DNA of 63,818 nt, filler included, from Reticulomyxa filosa (Eukaryota > Protista > Foraminifera), in assembly GCA_000512085.1 (NCBI GenBank). It is 22 parts of 22 records of this genome, joined end to end, with 100 filler letters (N's around TTAATTAATTAA, not from the genome) between each part and the next. Parts side by side here need not be neighbours in the genome. Positions count along the whole stretch, not along the records: positions 1 to 12,858 come from ASPP01003246.1; positions 12,959 to 15,646 come from ASPP01009904.1; 20 more parts are not named here. One strand, written 5' to 3'. A program made the translations under genes and the position numbers. Position 1 is the stretch's first letter; each line of letters starts with the position of its first letter. Positions 1 through 12,998 of the stretch are shown in pieces. Under the pieces are notes generated by a model, which was not told the DNA's origin, ran no database searches, and saw nothing but the letters and a program-made list of their open reading frames with translations.

Positions 1-11
1 AGATTTAAAAA

Positions 12-262
12 TTTCTTATTTTCAATACAGGTTCAATTTATATGTACTCATTCGAAATTTTTAAAAATCATTTAAAAAAAATCATATTTTTGATCAAACT
101 ATAAAAAATTTATTATAAAACCAATTTCATTTTTAAAAACTACAAGATTAGTACATATTTTTTTAAAAAAATTAGGTTTAAATCTTTATTTTTCATGGAG
201 AAAATCGATTCTCTTCATATAGTGCCATTTAGGTATTGCAGTTTTTTTTGCAATCTACTGTA
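12..262. mobile_element. Tc1/mariner-family terminal inverted repeat copy ending ACTG|TA
   Basis: Closely matches 17450-17666 and is related to 41018-41207 and 52240-52432. Ends CAATCTACTG (260) followed by TA (261-262), i.e. TA|CAGT on the other strand. Confidence 0.8.
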
Positions 263-641
263 GTATTTGCTTCGATTTTGGAAATGCAAATGACATATTT
301 CAATGATCATAAATAAATACCAGATGATCTAGAAGATATTGACATTTATATTGACGATACCAATTTCTAAAAAGTTCCAAACAATCAAACAAAATGTTTT
401 GCTTGAAATGAAACTTCAGGACATTTTGAATTGCATAAAATGTGTTATCACTGCTGAATTTCTTAGTTTATACAACATTGAATAAAGTTAATTTTATCGA
501 AACAAAAAAAAGTGATAAAACACTACAAAAAAAACAACATTTTTTAAATTACGCAAAAATGCGGTGCGAAAAGATGCTCATCTTAAGCACCGACACGACA
601 AAATAGACAGATTGGACACCGCAGTTGTTCCTCTGCCTAGT

Positions 642-3510
642 TTATTTTCTGACAACCTTCCATTGAAAAATGGACAGATCGGCACCACCAACACTCAACA
701 AATAAGAGTCATCTACTAGAAAATCAACTCCCACCACAAACTCTGCATGTCCGTTGTAGGAATAATTGGCCTCCTGTTACATCCACAAAATTGATTAAAT
801 TACGTATACACACACACAAAGCAAAGCTCTATGTACGTATACATATATATATGTATACATATATGTGTATATGAGCAATACCGGATCGATGGCAGGATAG
901 TTATGCAAACGAACGGTGCCAAAATCATCTCCAGAGGCTACTAACGAGGCATCAGAAGTGACAGCACAATCATTCAAATCGGTGCCATCCCATCCTTTTT
1001 GATACAATCCTTGCACATCCCATCCAGCCACTAGTGGGTCACTTTCCCATCGTACTTTGTCAGGATCCGGTATCTTTGTGCAATGTTCTGCCGTCTTTTT
1101 TTGGGAGTCGAGTATCCAATATGCAACTTCATAATCGCGTGTGAAGCATTTGAGGAGTGTCCCGTCGGCAGACCACTGGCAATGAGATGGAGCGGCTCTG
1201 TGTGCCAATCCTTTCCATTGTTTCAAGGTGATACGTACTTCGTCATCCATAGCCACCTCAATGATATAGCAATGCGAATCTCCATGTGCCACTGCTAAGT
1301 ACTTGCCATTGGGAGACCATCTCAAACGCTGAACACCTTCCAATAAACTTTTCGTGTTGGCTCGCGGGATTAAATGCGTCGCTTTCAATTCCAATTTCGG
1401 GTAAGACAATACTGCCACACTTGATGTTCGGGTCCCAACTGCTATCCATTTGCCGTCCTTACTTACGGCACAAGTCTGGAGCTGCCATTTCTCTGGGGTT
1501 TTTTGATCCGTATTCGGTGAGTCTTTATCTCCGAATACGTATGTTCCGATGCATTGATGGGTCATTGGATCCCAAATTCTGTGTATACGTATGCACATTT
1601 TTTTTTTTATATGTTTTTTTTTTTTTTTTTTTTTTTTTGTAAAAATTCAAAACTTGATTGCTTGGTCCCAACTCACTGTTACGAAAGCCTTATCAGTTAC
1701 ATGCGCCGACAGCCCCATACCTCTCCATCGTGTCCGTCGACCACAATGGATGCTTTTTGGGTTTGCAAATCGAATCTTGCAATTTGGTTTGTCTTCGTAC
1801 CGATGTATAAAGCGTTGTTGCTTTCATCCAATCCCATTGCGGCGGGTCTCAACTTAAAGTCAGAGCCTTCCACTTGCACTTTTTTCGATTGCCACTTTAT
1901 CTTGCCACTCACGTCCAACGCTTTTACTGTTTCGTCCAACGAAGACGTGTAAATTGTATCGCCATTGGTATTTGCATTATTGCTGTAATGGGGTTCTTTT
2001 TTTGTTTTAATTCATCTTGTTTAGATAAAGAAACGTCTGACTTCAGATTATAATATAAAGTTTTTTTAAAAATTATCTGAACTTCGTGAACGCCCTTTAT
2101 TTCCTGGGTTACTTTGTTGTCTTGGCCAAAGTACAGAGCGCCTGAACCTCCACCGACAACCCACGAACCGTCTGGCAAGTATACACCGCTGGCAAACACT
2201 TTTTCCTTGTTTTTGGTGACAACAGCACGCAGTCTCTGTCCCTCCAATTTGTTTTTTGCGCTGGTCACTTTGGTTACATACAAAAAGCCCTCACAAAACA
2301 GCAATAATTCGTCTACGCATTCCACTGGTTTTGGATTGATTGTAAAACCATGAATCTAAGTTAAATGTCGTTATAATGATTAGATGTTTTTTTTTTTAAG
2401 TGATTAATTGCAATGTAAGAAAAAAAGAGACGAAGAAAAAAAAAAAGAGCACAATATACTTAACTATTTGACGCGTCGTTGAATGAGTCAAAAGTAGAGT
2501 ATGAGCTTGCTTTGTGGCTTTTTTTCCTGGCTCCAAACTTTTGGTATCAAACACCTTCAGCGTCTGTTCTTCTCCACAAAGCACGTATAAATAACCGGTC
2601 ACCGGACTCCATTGTACACGACGTATCAATCCAGAACAAACGTTTTCAATCAACATCACTTCTTTCATTGTTTTGTAGTCCCATATCCACAGCTTTGGCT
2701 ATTTGTTTTTACGTGACAGTCCATGGTATGCACTAAAAAAAAAAAAAAGAATGTGCCTCTGAAACGTGCAAATATATCACTCTTTTTTTTTTTTTACCAA
2801 ATCTTTTCCTTGGCCCGGACGATCTTTGGGATCTTTCTGGCCGCTGCATACCAAAGTGGAGCCAGGTCTGGGGTCCACGCATATCCTGTAAATATGACAC
2901 AGTTACATACGCTTGTAATAAAACCAACAGACAAAGACAAAAATAAAAATAAAAAAGTGCTTTCTTTCAAACAGCTAACACCAAAAAATTATACTTAACG
3001 TAGTGACATCGTCGTTATGTCTTAAAAAATGTTTTTGAGTATTGTCGGAAATATTGTGTACGACACCGGCTCCAGCCATGAAATATATCAACTGTTTTTT
3101 TGTTTTCAAGGAAAGAATTATATAACACTTTGAAAAGTTTAAAAAAAAGAGTGCACACAGGTGAAGGTGTGTGCAGACCTGTCCATCTTTGACAATCAGA
3201 TGTTGCTTATAACGATAATATTTACTCGCCAGCGCACCACCGTTGAATCCGTAAACATGTTCCAAATGCAATTCCGCTTTTGGTTTTTTTTAATATCTTC
3301 GCCACTAGGATAGCCTTGGCTTGGCCTGTAATATATTATCTTTCCTTTTCCAAATCGATATTCGCCACGACTGTTGTAAGGAGTTTGTGGGGGTATAAAG
3401 CTAGTTTACTTTTTTTTTGTTTGCTGTTTTTTTATTGTTTTCAGCTTGTACCGTGTATGGTCGGTTCCAAATATACTTTCATCAACTTGAGCTGTGCTCG
3501 CCATTGACAT
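642..3510 (-). CDS. Echinoderm microtubule-associated protein-like (EML/HELP-WD40) protein, multi-exon
   Basis: HELP-like motif HLEHVYGFNG...LIYFMAGAGVVHN...QKHFLRHNDDV; WD repeats GHDGEVWG and GWDVQGLYQKGWDGTDLN...SGDDFGTVRLHNYP; last exon GHAEFVVGVDF...SVGGADLSIFQW with stop at 642-644; GT-AG introns. Confidence 0.9.
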
Positions 3511-3938
3511 TCTTACCTCGTACAAAAAAATATATAAAAAAAAGAAAGTCAAATAACCACTAAGAAACGCTTTTTTAATTTGATTGAAAACTTTTGGTTA
3601 TTTTTGTTCTTAATTTTTTTTTTACTGATCCTTATGACATCACAAGTAATTCATTTATACTCGTGTTTCAATAACCTCGCTTTTTCGTTTTGAGAATTAC
3701 CTTTAAGCAAGGTTTTATTTTTATTAAATGAAATTAAACATTTTTTTTGCGCAGTTTAAAAATTACTTTCAATTGAAAAAAATGGCAATTTTTTGTGTAT
3801 TGATTAATAAAATCTAGTTGTTAAATGCTAAGGAAAGTGTTACATTTCAAAGCATTTTTTGTGTGGCTGGGGATACTATTTCCAAGGGGCTTAAAAAAAA
3901 GTTGAGAGGAAAATATAGAAAAAAATCGACTGATAGCT

Positions 3939-5331
3939 ATGTTAGACATTTGTTCACATGGTTTTCAATGTCAACAACAAAGTTTTTCAGCAAATTTGCT
4001 CTATCTGCCAAATACGACACAATGTGTGATAGATTATGGGCATGAACAAGCGTTGTTGTTGAACTTGTCTTTGTACGGTCTGTGGCAGCCGATAAAGATT
4101 TACAACGATAATTACAATGTGCACACAATAATAAGCCATCAAAACAACATAATGTTGGTGAAAGATACGAACTTTCAGCTGCGGCAGTTGTTGTGTGGAG
4201 AAAGTGCATCGGCGAAAGTCCACCGTGCACAGCGTAAAAATAAGTCCTTCATATTGATATTGCACTACGGAACATATTGTCCATTCAGTGCACATATTTT
4301 TCCATTGTTTTTTGAAATTGCAAGTGAATTTGGGATAGAGAAGATTGACTATTATTTGATCCAATCTTTGTCTCCATGGGTTTTCAGTAGCAAGCAATCC
4401 GTCACAGGTATATACAATAATTGATAATAATAATATATTATTATTATTATTATTATTACATATAATTGTGTATGATATTACTATAACCAATCAATAAACA
4501 AAAAAAAAAATCTCACGTCATCATATAAACTATTACACCAAAAAAAAAAAAAAGGGAATACCAGAGATAAAGTTATATAATATCCATGGCGATTTGATTA
4601 GCAAATATATAACAAGTGGCCATCGCAGCATAAAGTCATTGAAATATTGGCTGAGACAATATACGAATATATCGCCTCATTATCACAGAGTCATGCCCTT
4701 ACCGGATATGCATCGCTACAGCAAGGACGGGGACAACAAGTTTTGGAGCCCACTGCCCACGTATGTGAAGTATCCTTTCACAAACGACTCTTTTTTTCAA
4801 ATGTACCTTCGTATTTCGGAGTTCTTGTTGCAAGAAAAAGAGCCATTGCTCAATCAGACACAATGGGTGCTGAACTCGACCTATTTGTGCAAAAGGAAGC
4901 CTATGCTGATGCTTACTTCTGACTTGTCCACTTCCGGAGACATACACACACTGATCCAAAACTATTCCAATCTTACTTATCACCTCTCTTCTTCTTCTTC
5001 TTCTTCTTCTGATGCAAACGCTGCTGCGCAATACAAAGAATTATGCATTCGAACGGATCCCGACAGTGCAAATAATGAACCACTTTTTGAGTTAGACATT
5101 TGGGATGACACATTTTATCTCATTCCAAAAGATGCTGACGTCAATCCTTTTGTGGAGAAAAAACTTGGAGTTGCCATTGAAAAAGACAGTTTTGGAGTCC
5201 AATTCTTAAAACTTACCTCTATTTTAGATGATCAAATGATTGCCATCATTTCTATTGTCCTCACTTGTCTTTTCATACTCAACATCTTTTTCAAATTACT
5301 TCGTTCTATTTTTTTCAGGCTTTTCAGATAA
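3939..5331 (+). CDS. Thioredoxin-fold membrane protein, TXNDC15/APRL-like (5' end uncertain)
   Basis: ILHYGTYCPFSAHIFPLFFEIASEF resembles the WCPFS-type CxxS motif. After an intron (~4409-4554) the frame continues GIPEIKLYN...SKYITSGHRSIKSLKYW. C-terminal hydrophobic helix. Confidence 0.6.
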
Positions 5332-6033
5332 ATTTGATTTACAATTTAAATATTTTATTCACAGAACAAAAAAATCCAATCATTTTTATTATTAACTTTT
5401 TTTTTGAGACTACTTTTTAAAATTCTTGGTCCATGTTTTTTGTGTTTTTGCTGCTGTTATTTTCTATTCCATCAAGAAAAAAAATTAATTGTTTTCTAAA
5501 AAAAAAGAGATATCATAAATAAATATTACATTATTTGAAAGCTATAATAAAAATATTGATTTTACATCAAATTTTTTAAAGAAATAGACACTACAACAAT
5601 TTTTTTTTATTTTAATGTTTTAGGAAGAAAGCTATTCTTCTGAAATATTTTTCCATAGACCGTTTTAAAAACTATTCCAATTTTATAGATGTTAGGATAT
5701 TTGTTGCAATTACTTAAAGACAAAGTCCCATTCTACCTAATAATCGTACCATTAATTTTCAATTAATGAAAAGTGTTGCAATGTGTGGGGTAATGTCACC
5801 GTTCGTTAGATCTCTTTCTTAGTACAAGAAAATGTTAGACTATTGAAAAGTTAATTATTTCACTCAAGTTTGTGTTATTTATACTGAAAGCGATCATTAT
5901 AGAGCAAATGTACTGAACTTTCAGTTGTTGATATTGTTGTACCTCACTAAAAAGCGTTTCAAAAGTTCTTGCCCTCCCCCCTCTCTTGCACAAGCAAATT
6001 TTGTTACAGCTAATTCTTCTCATATTACAAAAA

Positions 6034-6980
6034 ATGTTCGCTTCAGTCATTTGTCTTGGAGTATGGCTTGTTGGCCTCGTTTTGGGATTAGGCTTAGAGA
6101 TAATTGGAACAGAGTCGATTCTGCGCAAAACAACAGGCCTTCCATCGAAATTTGGCTTTGTTGCTCTTGTCTGGATCTTTAATGTATTTGTGTTGCAATG
6201 GATGGGCTTCAGAGTTAATAACAACAAAAACTTGTATTTTGAAATTTTACAAACTTGTGCAACAACAAAGTTTGATGAATGTGCAGGTCGGTGGAGCAAG
6301 AAAGATTTATAACGTTGAATGTAAGTGACGTGTTTTTTTTTGTTGTTTTCAAAGATAACAACACTGGTTTATACAAGTAGATTGTATATTGTGTTGTAGA
6401 TCCTGAGGCGTATGCAAACAAACAAGAAAACAAATACGCAAAAGAATTCAACTGCTTTCAACGAGCTCATCAAAACACTTTGGAACGTATGTTTCTGTAA
6501 ATGTGTTACAAGTTGTAATAATTAAATTAGTCCGTGAAAAAAAATAAAACAAAAATTTGATGGAATTTACAGAACAACCAGCGTTTTACACAGTCACTGC
6601 GTTGGCGGGACTGAGAAATCCATTATTGGCAGCTATTGCTGGTGCAATTTATGTTCTTTCTCGAGTTGCTTTTGCCCAAGGTATCTTTTATCTGTCACTT
6701 TAAAATTGCCTCAACTAGTTGAATAAAATTTCTACAAAAGCACACCATTACACAACTTTGGTGTGGTGTGGGTATCGTTTTTTAACAACTTTTCATTATA
6801 GGTTACTTTACCGGAGTACCATCCAACCGAAACCGTGGTGCTTTTGGATATTTGGCATTTATTCCATTATTAGGCTTAGCAACAATTAGTGCAGCCGCTT
6901 TAGCTGGATTTGATCTTCCACAGATACTTGGTTTTGCAGTGAAAAACACTTTCGTTTTGAGTTTTGGAACATTGAAGTGA
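6034..6980 (+). CDS. MGST3: MAPEG family protein, microsomal glutathione S-transferase 3-like (5 exons)
   Basis: Manual splicing of four GT-AG introns gives ...RVGGARKIYNVEYPEAYA...FNCFQRAHQNTLEQQP...SRVAFAQGYFTGVPSNRNRGAFG. FNCxQRAHQNTLE is the MGST3 signature. Confidence 0.9.
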
Positions 6981-7569
6981 AAGTAGGAAGATTTTTCACT
7001 CCCTTGAAAAAGAAAAATGTTTTCGTTTTTTTTTTACCAAGGTTTTACTTCATCGTAGTGTAGTGCATTAAACAAAAAGCTTTGACTCGTTTGCAACTAC
7101 TCTTATTTTGTTAAACACCCAACTTTTTAGTAGGTTTCATGTTGGACTTACAAGTTTCAAACTCTTGACTACAATTTTTATAAATTTCTGTTAGCCTAAA
7201 TTCGAAAAAAAATTTGATGCAAATTTTGGTGTTCAACATAAATTTCAACTGTGAAGCGAAAAAAAGAAGTGGCATTTCCAAGTACTGAGCCACCTTTTTT
7301 TTACAAAACAATCAACGGAACAACATTAATGCTTTTTTTTTCGTCAGAGGAGAGTTACAGGCAATAAAATAGAATAAGAAAATATAAAAACAAAATGTAA
7401 AACCAATTTTTATGAACTCACGACCATGACAGTCAGATATTTTCTTATAGTTGTTTGAATCATTCTAAATTGATTTTATGATATTTCTACTTCCATTCAA
7501 TTCGGAAAAAAAAAAGATTGCAAAACAAAAGACCAAATTATCCCAAAACACGTATACAACCATCGTTCT

Positions 7570-8983
7570 TCAATTTTCTTTTTCCACAACCAAACAATCA
7601 AAATTAAAATGTACACCGTTATGATATATCACGCAGATGGACCAGGTGGTCGAGTTGGTCTTGATCCCAGTGTTGGTGATGTTGCTGTTTTCCTTCTTGG
7701 AGTCTTTGGAATTGGATTTGATTGCCAAAAGTTTATAAGCTGTTTTTTTGTAGTTGTTACCAAATAAGAGAGTGAACAAAAAAAAAAGAGGGAATAAGGG
7801 AGAAAAGTAGAAAAAGAAGATGAACAAATAAGTAACAGTATCATCAAACAGATCTAATCCAACAAGATCATCCGTATTAATAGCCTCTTTGGGAAACAGT
7901 TGATTATAATATTTTTCACAAGTCTGGTACCATTTTTTTTCCTCCGGTTTTAATTCAAATTCGTTTACTATGTTTATTATTTCCAACAATACGTATCAAC
8001 AATTGTAGTGCAAAACTCTTTGACTTTTATGTTGACACGTTACAAGAGAACTCAAATGAACTTAAAAAAAAACGTAACGATTCAAAAGTCCTTGTTTGGT
8101 TCTCATAGCAGTCGAGTCTCTTCTCTCACCCTCTTTCCCGTCTTCACCAAAGAAATTATCTTCGCTATCTTCCCATTCCGAACTTCCATTTTCAGACCCA
8201 TTATTTTCTTCATCCGTTGATTCTTCGGAGGTTGATTCCTCTTTTTCGGGATTTGTTGTCGTCGCTTGTGTGTCAGGATTTGGTTTGCTATCAACTTTTA
8301 AGTTTCAATTCCATTTTTTTAAAAAAAAAAGGACAAAGAAAACAAATTGAACTAGGACATCCATTTTGCATTGAACAAGCCAAAATAAAAAGCCAAACTT
8401 GGTTCATTCTTCTCCGGCACAGGAGCGGGTGAAAGAGTTTTACCAGGGGTCTTGTTTACGATGGGGTCTTCGGGATTGACAACGACGGCCGTTTTCCCAC
8501 TGACGTCGTCCCAAAGAGTTTGTTCAATTCGATGTAAATTTAACAGTTGACTCAGTTGATCAACTTTGAACTTTTTGAGAGTTTGGTGGAGCAGATCTAA
8601 CGCCATGGGATCTTTCTGTTGTTGTTTATGTGGACGTATTTTGTAAGTTGTTGCGATAGTGCACTATTGCGACATGTGAGGCAAAATAAAGATAAGCAAA
8701 GCATGGAATTCAACTTTAAATACGTCGATAAATACACTTTCGCTCACATCTTTTGCTTGCAATCTCTTTTCAAAATCAATGCTCAAATTGAACGCACCTC
8801 CGACAGTGTTAGTACTCATTCCACTTTTGATGCGCTTCGCAAACTGTTTGGCAAAACCCTTTTCTTTGTCTTCTTTTTTCTTGGGTTTTTTTTTTTTGAG
8901 GTCTTTGGTTTCGGTTCTAATGTTTCCATTTCGAGGGGAAAAAATAAAATAAAAAATAATTGATTACATACAAATACAAATAC

Positions 8984-9015
<32 letters not shown>

Positions 9016-10382
9016 GTATATATATCATTACACAATCTCTTGTGTGAAATATTGTTCATTGTAGAAATCTCTTGCAGCGCCTGTCCACGCAAATTCAGGT
9101 GGTAAGGGTGAAATATTACGGGTGGTGGATCCCGTGGAAGTTGAAAAATCGGCACGTTTTCCGGAGCACTGTTTTTCGCAGCGACGGACGACTTCCGGGT
9201 CGATGCGGAAGGCCCCTTCGCGATAATGCTCGAAGTGGTCGTTGTTGTTGCGTCGGCTGCGCAGCGGATTTTTGGGGAAATGTTTGGATCTGGCTTCTTG
9301 CGATTTGAAAGAGGCATAAATACCCGCCAACTTCAAATCTGATGGATTGATGCGTTGGTAATACTTTACAAATGATTGAAAGTTTTCCGTTTGCCGAAAT
9401 TGTTTCAAGAACTCGTTGTCTTGGCTTTTCCGCACATTCACATTTATCAAACGTGTTAAGTGTGTGTGTGTGTACAACAACAGACGTCTGTCAATTGGAA
9501 TTCACCTTTTTTTTTTTAAAAACAAAACAAAACACCAAACTGTCGAGAGGTTTCCAAATTGTAAGCATAATAAATAATTTTATGAATGACGGAAAAGACA
9601 GTGCGATAGGCTTGCAAAATTTCCTCGCGACGTGCATCATTGGTCAGCACCATGGACAACGCGCGCACGGCGTCCTTTAAACCCGCCTCCAGTGTATCTG
9701 GCAACTGTGGCAGTTGGCTCAAAGGGATGGGTTGTTTATTTACATTGCACACTTCGTTGCGATCTGAAAATATTAACACAGTGTCTTCAGGAACTATTTC
9801 CTGAACCTCGGAACGTGCGTACAAAAACATTGGAATGCCGACACAAAATGGATGGTCATATTCTTTCAATGGAAATGCCTTTTTCATTGTCATTGTTGTT
9901 ATGTAGGCATTTATATATGTATACATATACATATATATATGTTGTTGTTAGAATTGACTGTTCCATGTTATTGTTGTTGTTGTGAATATTATTATTATTA
10001 TTATTATTATTAAATGCATACCATGGCTCTGCAGAGCTGAGGAATATACAAATGCCTCCATCGCAAAGGGAAAATCAAAGAGGTCAAAAGCTCACAAATG
10101 GGGGTCAAATTGTGTAAATCTGCGCACACAATCATGACACGAGATTCCAACAACAGTAACTTGACTGCCATACATATGCGATCTTTGCTCAGTTGTGTAT
10201 ATAATATTTCACTAGGCAGTTCCATTATCGGAATGTCAAATTCGTTTGGACATGCCAATAACACCCTCATTCGTCCCAAGTCGTACGCAATCTTTTATTA
10301 TTATTATTATTATTACATGCACCGTTCTCCCCTTAGCCATCAACATTTGAACAAGGATGAATACATTTTTTTTTTTTTTTTG

Positions 10383-10413
<31 letters not shown>

Positions 10414-11504
10414 AGGAGAAAGAGGAAAATCTATAGAACAGACTTTCTTGCCAGGTTGAGGAGCAGGGATGTCATAAAAATAATGCATTAGCAAATCTTC
10501 CAACCGGATCAGTTTTTTTGGAATCACATGCCATAAACATCTATTGTTGTAATCCATAAAAAAAAAAAAAAAAAAAGATGTCTGTTGTACATGAAGGAAG
10601 GGAGAAAACAAAGTAAAAAAACACTATACCTTAAAAAAACATCAAATGCAAAGAAATATGGATAATGTGAAACGAATGCCAATGCTTTCGGTACGTATAC
10701 ATCTTCAGTTTGATTCTTCAAATGGATTTTGTTCGATAATTTTTTTTGGTGTAATTATATATTTTTCGTTTTTGTTTTTGGGATGAAATCAGAGAGGGGG
10801 GGGGGGGGGGGGGGTAGGAAAGGGTATTAAAAAAAAACGCACATACATAAAAAAAAAAAATAGTTGAGATGTCCCTTTTTAAATCACTTCTCTTTTTTTT
10901 ATTTAAAAAAAAAAAGTATTTATGGAAAATATACAATGAAATGCAAAGCAAAAGTAAACCAATAACTGGCAAATCCTCCAATTTTTCAAAGACTTCCAAA
11001 CCTGCGCCATACAACTTGGAACCATCGCTATTCCATCCGGTAAACGTGAAGAATGCCGGCGGAGGAGGACGTGTTCGAGCTCGAGCTCCTCTTGGCATGC
11101 TTGCCTATATGTCCACCCAAAAAAGTCGAAACATATAACGTTTGGAAAACATGTCTCAATTGTCATTGATACAACAAATCTTTTCTTTTTTGTTGCTTTT
11201 TTTTTTCTATCATATTCACTCGTGCTGTCCTTGTGGTCTCACACTCCCTTTCTTTTTTTCTTTTGGCTTGGTTCTAAACTCGTGCCACCCATGGTAATAA
11301 TGGTGTGTTTGGATAGTCTTTTGCAGGGTATCGGTCCACAATTTGAGGCTTCAGAGCAAATCCTGCAAATCGAGTGCTTGTCTCATTTTCTGTTGCTAAT
11401 GTTTTGTGCTTGAGTTTGCGCTTTATTTGTTCCTTCCCAGTATCACTGCAGCTCACCACAAAGTAATAATCTAGAATCCGTTTGCAATTAGTATTGGTAT
11501 ACAT
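7570..11504 (-). CDS. DENN-domain protein (putative Rab GEF), multi-exon; 3' end approximate
   Basis: uDENN: ILDYYFVVSC, IVDRYPAKDYP, FFTFTGWNSDGSKLYG. cDENN: VPKALAFVSHYPYF, IPAPQPG, LLLLESRV...LIFPLRWRHLYIP, PFCVGIP. dDENN: FLKQFRQTENFQSFV. Confidence 0.85.
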
Positions 11505-11885
11505 ATTCAATTTCTTTTGCAAATCAATGTTCTTCAATAAAGCGACAACATGCTTCGGTGCTTCACTATGCTCCCCGCTTTTTTTTTTTAAACAAAAAAT
11601 GAATACGAAATTATATTTGCTTGTCTCTAAAAAAAATTAAAATTGGGTCTTCTTCAAGCACAAAATAACCGTAAAAATGGGCCATTGATATAACTATGAC
11701 AAGAAAAGGAAAATAAAGTTTTAAACAGAAAATGGTTTGCAAGGGTGTTTAACAAAAAAATTGATACAATTTTATGTTAACACCGTTTCTTCACCTTGCA
11801 GCAAATTTTTTGTAACAGCGAACCGGTAAGCAGAACGAAAAGGGGTTTACCGCTTAAATTGGAGAACCTCCGAACGAAAGCCCCC

Positions 11886-12428
11886 ATGGAAGTGGAATCA
11901 TCTGTATCTCAATTACGTCAACGAAAGAATTTTCCACTTTTACGGGAAACAACCAATCCAATAGAGTCATTTGAAGACATTGAAGTTGATTTTCACTCTT
12001 CAACACTAGGAATAAAAGTAAGCCCAAAAGAGGATGACCGAGGTTTGCGTGTGTCCGAAGTGACAAAGGACGCAACAGAAAACGTACGTAAACTGATAAG
12101 ACCAGGTTACGAAATTATTCAAGTGAACGAACATAAAATTGAATCAGCTCCTTTCAATGATTCAGTGGAATTATTCCGTCGTCTGACACTGCCTATCCGA
12201 GTGAAATTTAGACCAGCCAAAAACAATTCGCAAAACATGAACAAAACCGACAAAGGACATCATCACCACGACCATCATCACCATCACAATCACTCACATC
12301 GTGGTGATGATGAAGATGACAGTTGCGCCATTGCTGGAGTGTTGTGTTTATTTGTGCTTGTTTTTATGTTTGTAGTATTTCTCCTTTTAAATGGATTTCC
12401 AACCATGAGTCTCTCTACAAAAATGTGA
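11886..12428 (+). CDS. Single-PDZ protein with His-rich linker and C-terminal transmembrane helix
   Basis: PDZ pattern TLGIKV...GLRVSEV...LIRPGYEIIQVN...IRVKFR; HHHHDHHHHHNHSH; C-terminal AIAGVLCLFVLVFMFVVFLLL; intronless. Confidence 0.75.
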   Translation: MEVESSVSQLRQRKNFPLLRETTNPIESFEDIEVDFHSSTLGIKVSPKEDDRGLRVSEVTKDATENVRKLIRPGYEIIQVNEHKIESAPFNDSVELFRRLTLPIRVKFRPAKNNSQNMNKTDKGHHHHDHHHHHNHSHRGDDEDDSCAIAGVLCLFVLVFMFVVFLLLNGFPTMSLSTKM

Positions 12429-12858
12429 ACCCTTTCACCAATCTTTTTTCTTTTTTTTCGAAATACTACTTCCAAATCTTGCATCAAAATTAACCCCAAT
12501 CAATCTCAAAGCTCTATTTCGTAATAGTTTTTCCACCTCTTGCAATTTTTTCCAACAATTGTAGGATTGATGCACTGTTGATTTTTATTTGTCTTTGATT
12601 AGCATTACTCTTACCACAAAAAATAGCTTTTTTTGTGCATTATAACTTGATACTAATTTGTATTAGTAAATTTCTAGTTTCTTGTTGTAATGATGATAAA
12701 AATGTTTAAAATATTATAATGCTTGCAGAAACACTAATAAACGTATAATTGACAGCGTCACCTGCAAAAATTATTTGACAGCAATATAAGAAGACAAAAT
12801 TTGGCAAGAAAACTAGTGAAACATTCTAGTTTAGAAAAAAAGGGCTTAATAGAACCAG

Positions 12859-12958
12859 NNNNNNNNNNNNNNNNNNNNNNNNNNNNNNNNNNNNNNNNNN
12901 NNTTAATTAATTAANNNNNNNNNNNNNNNNNNNNNNNNNNNNNNNNNNNNNNNNNNNN
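12859..12958. other. Artificial contig linker N44-TTAATTAATTAA-N44 (first of 21)
   Basis: Identical 100-bp spacers with stops in all six frames start at 12859, 15647, 17350, 19194, 22178, 23658, 25271, 26923, 28643, 31394, 32619, 35237, 46178, 49965, 52065, 53173, 54708, 57219, 59393, 60981 and 62081. Confidence 0.99.
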
Positions 12959-12997
<39 letters not shown>

Positions 12998-12998
<1 letters not shown>

